From the NCBI RefSeq assembly GCF_006345805.1, contig NC_042997.1, positions 143,344,001 to 143,408,000 of the forward strand: a stretch of 64,000 bases of DNA, in the 5' to 3' direction. Source of the stretch: Octopus sinensis. Taxonomy: Eukaryota. Under the pieces are notes generated by a model that saw only the letters and a list, made by a program, of their open reading frames with translations, did no database searches and was not told the DNA's origin. The position numbers and the translations under genes are program-made. Positions 25,528 to 36,885 of the stretch are shown here, piece after piece. How positions within the stretch are numbered: the first letter of the stretch is position 1; every line of letters starts with the position of its first letter.

Positions 25528-26368
25528 TTAACTCTTCAGCATTTAAGCCGGCCATATCCAGCTGAAATAATCTACCTGTTTTATCTTGGAACTGGCTACA
25601 TCTGACCTCACACTTATCTTACAATATTACTCTTAAAATAAACAATGGCATAGGAGTGGCTGTGTGGCAAGTAGCTTGCTTACCAACCACATAGTTCTGG
25701 GTTCAGTCCCACTGCGTAGCACCTTAGGCAAGTGTCTTCTGCTATAGCCTCGGGCTGACCAAAGCCTTGTGAGTGGATTTGGTAGATGGAAACTGACAAA
25801 AGCCTGCCATGTGTGTGTGTGTGTGTGTTTGTGTGTCTGTATTTGTCGCCCACCATCACTTGACAACCGATGGTGGCATGTCTACATCCCCATAACTTAG
25901 TGGTTCGGCAAAAGAGACCGATAGAAAAAGTACTAGGCTTACAAAGAATAAGTCCTGGGGTTGATTTGTTCCATTAAAGGCAGTGCTCCAGCATGGCCAC
26001 AGTCAAATGACTGAAACAAATAAGAAAATAAGAAAATGTGTATATATTTGTGTGTGTATCTGTGTTAGTTCCCCTACCATTGCTTGACAACCAATGTTGG
26101 TGTGTTTACGTTCCCGTAACTTAGTGGTTCGGCAAAAGAGACCGATACAGTAAGTACTAAGCTTACAAAGAATAAGTCTTGGGGTTGATTTGTTCGACTA
26201 AAGGCAGTGCTCCAGCATGGCCACAGTCAAATGACTGAAACAAGTAAAAGAATAAAAGAATGATGTCATTGAAATCTCAAAGTTAAAAAGTAATGGATGA
26301 CTCACTCATATGAGTGTCAATAAATAAGCATTGCATTTGACAGAGAATTCTGAATGCTAAAGGGTTAA
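25528..26368. mobile_element. piggyBac-like (TTAA) MITE interrupted by family A SINEs
   Basis: TTAA-ctcttcagcatt ... aatgctaaaggg-TTAA; SINEs at ~25645-26260. Confidence 0.7.
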
Positions 26369-26491
26369 ACTGGCCATATCCGGCCAAAATGTTTTACTTG
26401 TTTTATGTTCAAACTGTCTGGATCCAGCTTCTTACACTTCTTATATCAAATACATGTGGGTTGATTTGGTAGATCGAAAGTCAAAGAAGCT

Positions 26492-26539
<48 letters not shown>

Positions 26540-26542
<3 letters not shown>

Positions 26543-26790
26543 ACCCAATTTTTCATCTGATGTTACATTGTCCACGTCTTTTGGTCTGATGCCTTTTTTT
26601 TGTCCAACAATTTTTTGTCCAATTTTAAATAAACTCTTTAGAGAACAAGGTGACCATCAAAATCAAATAGCCATTGAGAATTTTATTGATAGGATTTGTT
26701 GTGGGACTAAAGAATCATCGGACAAAAAGACGTTGGACCAAAAGATGTGGACGAAAAGATGTTTGATGAAAAGACATAGCACCATGTATA
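26540..26790. mobile_element. MITE with tandem subterminal inverted motifs
   Basis: Left repeats ttt(t/g)gtc(c/t) mirrored by right ggac(c/a/g)aaaaga repeats. Confidence 0.55.
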
Positions 26791-26855
26791 TATATAAATG
26801 TGAGTGTGTGTGTGTGTGTGTATGTATGTGTGTGTGTATGTGTGTGTGTGTGTCT

Positions 26856-26916
<61 letters not shown>

Positions 26917-28055
26917 AGACTGAGGCTGTTTCCTTACATTGACATCATGTGAGAGTTGTGAAATAGTGTCACCATCATGCAAACGGTGTCCAATGTTATT
27001 CTAAAAATAAACAATCACATCATGAAAATCTTGAAGCTATGAGATAATACTTGATTGATTCAAAACAATGAGAATAGATATTATATTTTAACAGAGTAAT
27101 CTGAATGAGTTAAATTGTTCATATTAATATCAAGAACCTTCTTCGATAATTGAATGGTGAAACCTCTTTGTTTAAAACAGGCGTTGGCAAAAGCAAGGAA
27201 GGGTGTTCTTTGTGGGCCGTGACCCTTTTCTAAAAATTTTTGAAATTTAATTTTATTCATGAGCCATTGAAATGTTAATGGATTTTAGATAGATTTTTGT
27301 GACAGGATTTGTTTTAATTGTTGCTAAAATAAGCAATGCAACTGATGGAAATATGGGGCAGGATATGCAGTGATATTTTTATTATGCAAGATATAATGAT
27401 ATAATACAATGGAACTAATAAATAATAAATACTAGGCTAATAACCAGGCTAATAAATACCAGGTCCCTCCCCTATAAATGTTAGTGAAATTTTTGCCCAC
27501 CCCACTTATTAATGAGAATATGTATTAGAGATTATGAGGCATGCAATCCTTCTTTCCTAGCCTTGGTGTTGGACAAACTTAAAAGCCATATTAATTTTAT
27601 CAAACATGACAATTTTATTAAACATGAATTTTCTGAATTCTTACACCCTTCTTCCCACCGCCACCATGAGAAATACTCAGTCATTAGCAAATGTAATAAA
27701 TGAAATAAATAAAATAAATAATTAAATAAATCAATAAATTAATGTAAAAAAGTAAGTTGCTGATCCTGGTTTTAGAAATATTCCAAACTGTCTAATTGTG
27801 ATATGGTCACTTATTTTACTATTTAATAAAATAAATTATTTCATATGCAATAGTTAAAAAATGGGCGTGAGTATGTATATGTATGTGTACACACACACAC
27901 ACGTGCACACACACACACATTTATATATGCATTGTGGTTATGTGGTAAAGAGTTTGCTTCCCAGCCACACGGTTATGGACAAGTATCTTTAACCATAGCT
28001 CTAGGCTGACTAAATGCTTGTGAGTGGATTTAGTAGATGGAAATTGAAAGAAACC

Positions 28056-29187
28056 GATCATGACATGCTGTACTGCTTGGCATTCATACTGGAAGCTCCA
28101 ATACGAGCATTTCAGAGTGTTTGGGTGTCAATCCGAGGACAGTGCAGAGGATTTGGAAAGAGTTGGTTGAGTCTAATGGTGATTATGAAGGTATGGCCAC
28201 TCGGAAAGCTTACTCTGATCATTCTGGTAAGGAAAGAACTCCTGAACCTGTTGGTGAGATCCAGGCCATGATTGACAATGATCCCTCCAAGTCAATCCGG
28301 TCCATCACCAGGGACATGGGAGTGTCTGAGTTTCTTATCAGGCAGGTAGTGCATAAAGACATTTGGTATTCCTCATACAAGATGAGAAATGGCCAATTTT
28401 TATCCCAACCCATCAAGGACAAGAGGAAAGACAGCACTATGAAGCTTTTCAACAAACTCAAGCATCCCCTCCAACTGAACATGCTTTGGTTTTCTCAGAC
28501 GAGAAAAATTTCTGCCAGGATCAGATGGTGAATACACAGAACAACCGTTGGCTTGCTGTGTACTGAGAGTGATAAAAACCAAACATCCAGTCAACATCAT
28601 GTTGTTTGAAGTGATCACAATTGATGGCAATATTATGCCTCCATTCGTCTTGCCACACAGCCTCAAACTCAACACAGAGGCTGACATCAAGTGCCTGGAG
28701 AAAGTAGTGCTGCCCTGGGTGAAGAGGGTAGCTGCTGGAAAACCCGATGTCTGGCAACAGGATTCTACACCATGCCACACAAGCAGGAGAACCCAGTCAT
28801 GGCTGTCACAATTTCTGTGACCACACCACCCCTAACATCTGGCCACTTAACTCCCCAGATTGCAACTCCCTTCATTATCATGTGTGGGGTGCAACTGAGT
28901 GAGAGACCAAAAACGATTCCTTGTAACACCAAAGATGAACTGAAGGCCAATATTATGGTAGCATTCACCTACTTAAACAAAGAGACCGCCCAGAAGAGTT
29001 GCAGGACATTTCAAAGTTATCTGAAGGCCGTAGTTGAAGCCAATGGCAATTTTATTGAATAAATTTACTTTTTAGTATTTCAAGATATTTTTTTGTAATT
29101 TTGATAAATATATCTGTTAAAATGATATGTCAGTATTATTTTCATTTTCTCATAATGTAGATGACAGTTTATTCACTGCACCCTGTA
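28056..29187 (+). pseudogene. Defective Tc1/mariner-superfamily transposon, probably DD37D (maT)
   Basis: HTH (GVNPRTVQRIWKEL), FSDEKNF, WQQDSTPCHTSRRTQ, IWPLNSPDCNSLHY and C-terminal VVEANGNFIE*, in several frames. Right end caccctgTA; left end lost next to a SINE. Confidence 0.9.
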
Positions 29188-29673
29188 TACACACAAACAC
29201 ACACTACACTTCACCACACATACAGTTTTTGAAATTCTTCACTACAGTTAAAATTACAGTAAGACTGCACTTTGTTAGAAGCACAACCATGAAAATGGTT
29301 AAACTTATTCAGCTCTTTTCAAGAAGAATTAAAGCTTGTAATGCCTTAATTGGTGTTGCTTAGAAGTGAACCAGTGATCTAACATTATTAATGTGTCACG
29401 TTTCAACCTGTTTGTTTGACTGCACAGCTTACTATGACTATACATTTTTTTTTTATTTGAGCAAATGAAAATGTGTGGGTCTTGTAGTTTGATCTTCACA
29501 TCATGTCAACTTTGATGAATAGCCTGTTCTCTTTCTGTTAAAAATCTCATGTTAAAAGCCAAGATATTTCACAATGGGGAGTAGAAAATCCAACATTTCA
29601 GACACAGTCCTTCTCCAGAGAAAAGTTGGCAGGAGTGAAATTATGAGAGGCAGCAGTTTTACATCCTCTAAAG

Positions 29674-29997
29674 CAGTGGTTTTCAACTGGGGTTCATATG
29701 GCCCTTAGGGATCCATATAAGATTTTGTGGAAATTGTGTAATAAATAGGTTATACTTCTACAATACACAAAATATTTTAACAATTTTTTCATACAATTCC
29801 TAATAATGTTTAATTATAACATTTAATTATTATTGGCACAGGAGTGGCTGAATGGTAAGTAGCTTGCTTACCAACCACATGGTTCCAGGTTCAGTCCCAC
29901 TGTGTGGCACCTTGGGCAAGTTTCTTCTACTATAGCCTTGGGCTGATCAAAGCCTTGTGAGTGGATTTGGTAGACAGAAACTGAAAGAAGCCCGTCG

Positions 29998-30036
<39 letters not shown>

Positions 30037-30320
30037 GTGTGTGTGTATATATGTTTGTGTGTCTGTGTTTGTCCTCCCAACTTGACAACTGATGTTGGTG
30101 TGTTTATGTCCCCATAACTTGGTGGTTCAGCATAAGAGACCGATAGAATAAGTACTAGGCTTACAAAAAATAAGTCCTGGGGTCGATTTGCTCGACTAAA
30201 GGCAGTACTCCAGCATGGTCGCAATCAAATGATTGAAACAAGTAAAAGAATAAAAGAGTATAAAAGTATAATAGGATAGGTATGAGGGGACCATAGGTAA
30301 AAAGTGGTTGAGAAGCACTA
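29674..30320. mobile_element. hAT MITE containing a full family A SINE
   Basis: TIRs cagtggttttcaac / ggttgagaagcacta; TSD ctctaaag/ctctaaat; SINE at ~29835-30245. Confidence 0.85.
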
Positions 30321-30960
30321 CTCTAAATTAAGCAACAACAACAACAAAAAAAACTGGTTGTAACTGATAAGGAATGCAGGACAACAGGAGCTTCATATGA
30401 GAACAGGAAGTGATAGGAAAGAGAAATAGAAGGAAAGAGGAATGAAATTCCTGTGGCCCCATGGGCATTATCAGTTGCAGCCAGTTTTTGGAGAATCTAA
30501 AAGACTTCTGTTAGGAAGGGTTCTAGTTGTAGGAGCCATGCCAAGACAGACAGACAATTGGAACCTGGACAGTTTTCAGACCACCACTGCCGCTGCCACC
30601 AAGCCTTTCAATGCAAGCCAATGTGGAAAATGGATGTTAAACAACAATAATGATGAATGATGTAAAATACTGTTGTCTCTCCTTAATTTCTCTCCTGTCA
30701 ATTTTTTTTTCCCTGAAGAAGGACTCTGTCTGAAAACATTGGGTTTTCCACTCCTTGCAGCAAGTTTTCACTGTATTTTTTTTTTAATCAGTTTTACTAA
30801 ATAATACAAGTCTTGCTGACTCAGACCAACACCAGTCTCTTTGGAGTCTATTTGATCATAAATTTCACTACAATTATGTTTATAGTCAAAGTTACTTTAT
30901 AGCAGTAGTTTGGAAGTTTTTTTTTTTTTAATGTTTGTTTTCATCATTTAAACCAAACAC

Positions 30961-31009
30961 CTGTGGTTAGAGCTTCATAATATTGTTGAATTTATAAAGA
31001 AACAGCTGT
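30961..31009 (-). other. Exon-like non-coding segment
   Basis: Acceptor gttctttccttatacag, donor CAG|gtgttt; 49 nt; stops in all frames. Confidence 0.25.
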
Positions 31010-31234
31010 CTGTATAAGGAAAGAACTATTGTGTTCAGTAAGAGGTAGGTATACACAACTGTATGAATCTGTAGTCATGATCACCATTGCCACCCCCAAC
31101 CCCACCAATCTTGTCATTGTCACTGCTGTCACCACCACCTTATTCTTTTTCTTCACCATCATCATCATCATCATCACTAACACTGCCCCCATCACTCCTA
31201 TCATCATCACCAAGAGCAAAAACAATATTCTTTT

Positions 31235-31600
31235 ATTCTTTCACTTGTTTCAGTCATTTGACTGTGGCCATGCTGGAGCACCACCTTAAGGGGTTTTAGT
31301 TGAACAGATCAACCTCAGGACTTATTCTTTGTAAGACTAGTACTTATTCTATCGGTTCTCTTTTGCTGAACTGCTTAGTTACAGGGATGTAATCACATCA
31401 TCTGTTGTCAAGGTGGGGACAAACACACAAATATATATATGACAGGCTTCTTTCAGTTTCCATCTACTAAATCCACTCACAAGGCTGACCTGAGGCTATA
31501 ACAGAAGACACTTGCCCAAGGTGTCACACAGTGGGACTGAACCAGGAACTATGTGGTAGGGAAGCAAACTTCTTACCACACAAGCACACCTGTGCCTTAT
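31235..31600 (-). mobile_element. SINE family A
   Basis: Reverse near-full copy. Confidence 0.85.
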
Positions 31601-31756
31601 ATCATCATTTTACATTGCTTCCCCTAATTGTCACCAGAGTGCACTGAAGTAACTTGAAATGAAGTGTTTTGCTCAAGACTATAACGCACTGTCTGGTCCA
31701 GAAACCGAAACCACAATCTTATGATCATGAATGTAGAACTCCTAACCACTAACCCA

Positions 31757-32057
31757 AGCCTGGCCAACTTGAATTACATTGCGGGCTACTTTAATCACAG
31801 AAAAATTTTTGAGGGCCACTTGTATACTTTATGCACTAATAGTCAAACAACCAAATTACAGAATCAAGAATTTTTCATACTTGTTTGTTTAAAATTATAA
31901 GCCACTTATAAATTTAAAATTTATTTTGAAACAAATGTTTTACACAAACAATTTTATTTTGAAATTACGCACAATACTTCAAGAAAGTATCAAGCGGGCT
32001 GCAAGATAAAAGTCTGTGAGCAGCAGGCTTCAGGTTGACCAGCCCTGCACTAACCAT
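31757..32057. mobile_element. hAT-type MITE
   Basis: Ends caagcctggccaac / ggttgaccagccctg. Confidence 0.55.
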
Positions 32058-32661
32058 GTACCCCCGCATGCACATGTATATAGGCCATGGGCAGATGTAA
32101 AAAGAAATACCAGAAGTGGGTCATTCTAAGAAGTTATTGATTCCAGGCTTAAAGCAATATTTTTTTTTAACCTTCTTTAGAACTTCTAGATTTAATACAC
32201 AGTAAATAGTGAAAGAAAAATACAAACTATTTTTAGTTAAGAATGATTTCAGAGAATTTCAATTTTTTCCATTTCCTTTCATTATTATTATTATTTTTTA
32301 ACATTTTAGTAGGAGGAAAGACAGAGCCCACGATCCTTCTGGAGGGCCTTTGAGACAGGTTGAAGGGAGGTAGGAAGTCATCCTTAATCAGGGGACCTGG
32401 CCCGAAGGTGCCAGGTGGTGGGATTACACAGAGTAATGGATTAAGTCTGCCATCCTTGCAGCCTATGGTGAGATTTGAACTAAGGACACAAAGATCTGGG
32501 ACAAATAACACAAAGTATCCTTTCCAACGTTTTTACAGTTCCACCAACCCACCTTCTTCGATTGGCACCATTTTTTCTATCAACTCTAAAAGGATGAAAG
32601 CAAGGTTAAACTCGGTGGCGTTTATTACCAAAAGCAGAATTTTATATCCAATCTGGAGTGA

Positions 32662-32960
32662 TCTTTCCGAGAAAGTCAATAAAAACTGAAAGTATGTTTG
32701 GCAGTTTCCGTAAATTTTTCTTTCAGCTGAATCGCTTATGTATTTTATGTGTATATATGTGTGTATGTAAATATATGTGCTTATGTGCATGTATGTATAA
32801 TACATATATGTACACACACACATAAACACATAATACATACACAGAAAATACATAAACACAAGCGAATCAACTGAAAAAAAAAATTAAAGAAATAAAAATT
32901 TCTTTACGGAAATTGCCGAACAAATACTACTTTCACTTTTGAGAGACTTTCTCGGAAAGA
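32662..32960. mobile_element. Fold-back MITE with central microsatellite
   Basis: 16-bp perfect TIR tctttccgagaaagtc / gactttctcggaaaga; imperfect arms extend ~90 bp. Confidence 0.85.
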
Positions 32961-33350
32961 CTGTCCCAACCCGGTTTTATCAAACGAAGCGTTATTAGAT
33001 GAGGAGTGGGCGTATTTTAAAGAGACTAGAATAGAAAACAAACAGGACCCGTAAAAAAAGTAAACAGATTCATTAAGTGAACGTGAGATAAGGCTTGTGA
33101 AATGTTGTTAGCCCTAGATCATGCCTCTTTGTATAACTAGAACTACATTGCGCATCGTGTCATTTTCATTATAAGGTGGTAGGGTTTCAGTTTGGTTGCT
33201 AATTCTAACCGGTTAAAACAATCACGTAGAAGCTCCCAGCATGTGAGAAAGCGGAAGGATGATAATTTTCTTTTCCTCTTCAGTGGTGTGAAGAATGAAG
33301 AAAACAGTATTAAATTATTATAATCGTACGTTAAATAGATCAATAGACTT
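32960..33350. promoter_or_regulatory. CpG-retaining, promoter-like unique region
   Basis: CpGs are locally retained in otherwise CpG-poor DNA. Contains ACTACA..TGCGCA (33142-33154), a TCCCAGCATG Staf/ZNF143-like motif (33234-33243) and a GGGCGT box. Repeat-free. Orientation unresolved. Confidence 0.45.
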
Positions 33351-33405
33351 TAAATTACAGGAAGATGTAGATAGTATCAAATTAAAACCAAAGCACATTA
33401 TTGAG
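33284..33405 (+). CDS. Candidate first coding exon of an unidentified gene
   Basis: Acceptor ttttcttttcctcttcag, ATG at 33295, open frame MKKTVLNYYNRTLNRSIDFKLQEDVDSIKLKPKHIIE, donor GAG|gtgaga. No homology recognised. Confidence 0.3.
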
Positions 33406-35642
33406 GTGAGAGAACAGATGGAAACAAAATGACAAACGAATGAATGAAAACATTGAAGGGAGATTACTCTGTTGTCACTACGCTCAGTCCTAACTAAAAC
33501 TGTCGATATATAATCACCCTACTCTAAAAAACAAACAAATTAACTGTATAAAATAACTTTAGAGAACTTGTTTTATAATTCGGGGAGGAGATAGACAATA
33601 GAAACTATTTAAATATTTGACTCCTAATTTACAAACTAAAGATTTATTTATTCCGTTGCTCACCCCTTTGCCCTTTCATTCTTCTATCAGGCAATGTAAG
33701 GTTTTCTGATATTATTGAAACAAAAATAGTTTGTGAAGCTTTAAATATTCGTTACTCAGTAATGATATCGCTGTATCCCCCGCCCCGTCCCTAGCTCATT
33801 ATTTGCAATTTTAAATAGTAAAGAACTCGTGTTGTTCACCAAAAGAATTTGTTTAGTATTATAAAACTACAAATGGAAACAATTGCCTGCCGTAAGCTAT
33901 CATGAAACAATGGTAACAATAGATTCCATGGGACGTATTATTTTCTAAAAATAGGATATTCTATTCTTTTATCTTATTTTAATGACATCCTATGGTATTT
34001 CACAACAGCTGTTCATATATGCTTTAGGTAGAGGTTGGTTTCACAATTTCTTTTAACTGAGTGTAAAATACTTTTTATATGTTTATTTAAAGGGAGAGAA
34101 AATTGGATAATGAGATGTTCATGCCTTTCCCAAATGTAAATGCTGAAATAACCTCTACCAATAACTGAAATTACATAATTGTGTAAGGATACCAATTTGA
34201 AGAATGTTGATGTTGAACCATGCCAATACAGGGTTTTGGCAATGTTTCAGACATAGCTGCATGGTTAAAAAGCTTGCTTTCAAACCATGCGATCTTGGGT
34301 TCAGTCCTACTGTATGGCACTTTGGGCAAGTGTCTTCCAATATAGCGCTGAGCTAACCAAAGCCTTGTGAGTGGAATTGAGAAAAGCTGAGGAGAGCTAC
34401 AGATCATATATGGATGCTAGTTCGATTAAAGGTAAGTTACTGTTTTTCTGACAGACCAAAGATAATAATGGATGCCTTCATATCTCTAAAAGATAGAGAG
34501 AACAATTTTACATATACTGTATGCACTGGAATAGTTAACAACATGAATGACATTGGAATGGAAAAATGACTTGTGGGAAATGGGATGAGCTTTCTTAAAG
34601 AAAATGATGGTTGTAGCACCTCTGATGTATAAGAATAGGAATTTGTGAAGGTCATGGAAATGTAAATGGAATGGTTCCAATTTGGAATTGAAACTAGGTT
34701 AATGGCTCAGTTTGATGGTAATTCACCATTATACCGGTCTTCTGGCTTTACTTTAAAAGTAAAACAATGAAAGAAACTGTTAGAGACAGGTTGTTGATTC
34801 GGCAACTAAAACAATTTCTAAATTAGGCAATGATTTACCATAATGTTGTTTGCAAAGAAGTGAGAAATTCTTAAATCTGTGGCAGATAATTCATTGCAAA
34901 AGTTTCTGAGTATTTCTATTGTTAATACAAATGCAGGTGTAAAAGTAGCAAGCTGGTAGAATCGTTATCACATCGGGGAAAAATGCTTAGCAACATTTCT
35001 TCTAAGTTCTGAGTTCAAATGCTGCCAAGGTTGACTTTACCTTTCATCCCTTCAGGGTTACTAAAATAAAGTACCAGTTAAACACTTGGGTTGATGTAAT
35101 CAACTTAACCCATCCCCCCAAATTGCTGGAATTTGAAACCAATATAAATGCAGGTGTGGTTATGTAGGTAGAAACTTGCTTCCCATCCACTTGGTTCTGG
35201 GTTCAGTCTCATTGTGGCACCTTGGCCAAGTGTCTGCTACTATAGCTCTGGGCTGACCAAAGCCTTATGAGTAGATTTCTAGATGGAAACTGAAAGAAGT
35301 CCATTACATATATGATGGGGTTCTTTCAGTTTCCATCCACTCATATGAATTGGTGTTTCTTTGTCTTGACATTGTCGCGAGTGTCACCAATACACAAGCT
35401 GTTTCCTTCATTTCCAAACAGCCATGAAAACAAGTCTAGCCATGGGGAAATATTACATTTCTTAAAAACAGGTGAGGGTTGGCCATAAGAAGGGCATCTA
35501 GCCATAGAGACAATCTGCTTCAATAGGTTCTACCCAACCCAAGCAAGCATGGAAAAGTGGATGTTAAAACAATGATGAATTGCTTGGGTAAATGCTATTT
35601 ACAAGAATTAAAATAAGAAAAAAAGATTTGAAAACAATTTCA

Positions 35643-36096
35643 GATCTTTTCCTTTTGAACGGCAGTTTGTAACATAATTTCTAGGTAACTAAAAAGTTTT
35701 AAACTTCGTATACTGGTAGAATGTGTTTATAAAACATCATTTTCTCTTGGTTTTATTGAGAAAATTCTATAGTTTGTAAGATATTTCGTCTGAAAATCCG
35801 AGCATTTCGGCAATTTTAATCAATCGATTACCTCCATTGAACTAAAATAATTTGCTGGTTTAGGGTTAGTGACAGGATGTTGTCTCAGTTTTAGACGCAG
35901 CAAATGATTTTAGCTCAAAAGAGAGCATAGGATTGGTTAAAATTCGAAAAATTAAACTATGTTAAACAAACAAATTACAATTTTCTCAAGAAAGCCAAGA
36001 GAAAAAAATGTTTTATTTTGACACATTCTACCAGTATACAAAGTTTTAAAGTGTTTAGTTAACTAGAAATTGTCTGCCGTTCAAAAGGAAAAGATC
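35643..36096. mobile_element. Fold-back MITE, ~120-bp inverted arms
   Basis: gatcttttccttttgaacggcag...gtatactggtagaatgtgt mirrored at the right end. Confidence 0.85.
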
Positions 36097-36669
36097 CAAA
36101 ATTTCTGATGAAACTAAATTGATTGTTGTGAAACAAAGCAAGTAACTGAGGAAACCTCTACATAGCAACTGATTCATCTTTGCAGAACACTCAAAAACCC
36201 TTATAAAATAATGACCAACACCCTTTCTGTTATAAAGGTGGCGAGCTGGTAAAATTGTTGGCATGCTGGGTAAAGTGCTTGACAGTATTTTACCTGGTTT
36301 TTTGTTCTGAGTTCAAATTCCGAGGTTGACTCTGCCTTTCACCCTTTCAGGGTCGATAAAATAAGTACCAGTTGAGTACTGGGGTTGATGTAAATTGGTT
36401 TACTCCCTCCTCCTAAATTGCTTGCCTTGCGTGAAAATTTGAAGCCAATATTCTTTCTAGAGGAGAGGGTTAGTTGCTCAACTGGTACTTATTTTATCGA
36501 CCCCAAAATGATGAAAGGTAAAAGTCAATCTCTGCAGGATTTGAATTCAGAATGTAAAGCCAGATGAAATACTGCTAAGCATTTTGCCCAGCCATATTAA
36601 TGATTCTACCACCTTAGCATTACTAATATCAACAGTGGAATTAGTGAGCCAAGATGGGAGTCTCTACAT

Positions 36670-36885
36670 CAGTGGTCCTTATGGCCCTTAGGGGCCCATA
36701 TAAGATTTTGTTAAAATTCATCTGCATGGTTATGCTTCTACAATACAGTTTTTTTTATACAATTGTTAATAATATTTAATTTTAAAAAAGTAAAATGATT
36801 TTTTAAACATTGAATGGTTAGGAGGATCTATCAGTAAAATAGGAATCAAATGGATCCATAGCTAAAAAATGGTTGAGAAACACTG
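36670..36885. mobile_element. hAT MITE
   Basis: cagtgg ... ggttgagaaacactg; TSD ctctacat/ctttacat. Confidence 0.75.

Noticed and set aside
32233-32689. ORFs 32233-32511(-) and 32360-32689(+)
   Set aside because: They overlap a degraded family B-like SINE head and a retroposon-like tail with an (AAT)n end.
33295-33405. Resemblance of MKKTV / KLKPKHIIEA to CENP-W or CENP-X histone folds
   Set aside because: The long central helix is missing; the similarity is limited to a few residues.
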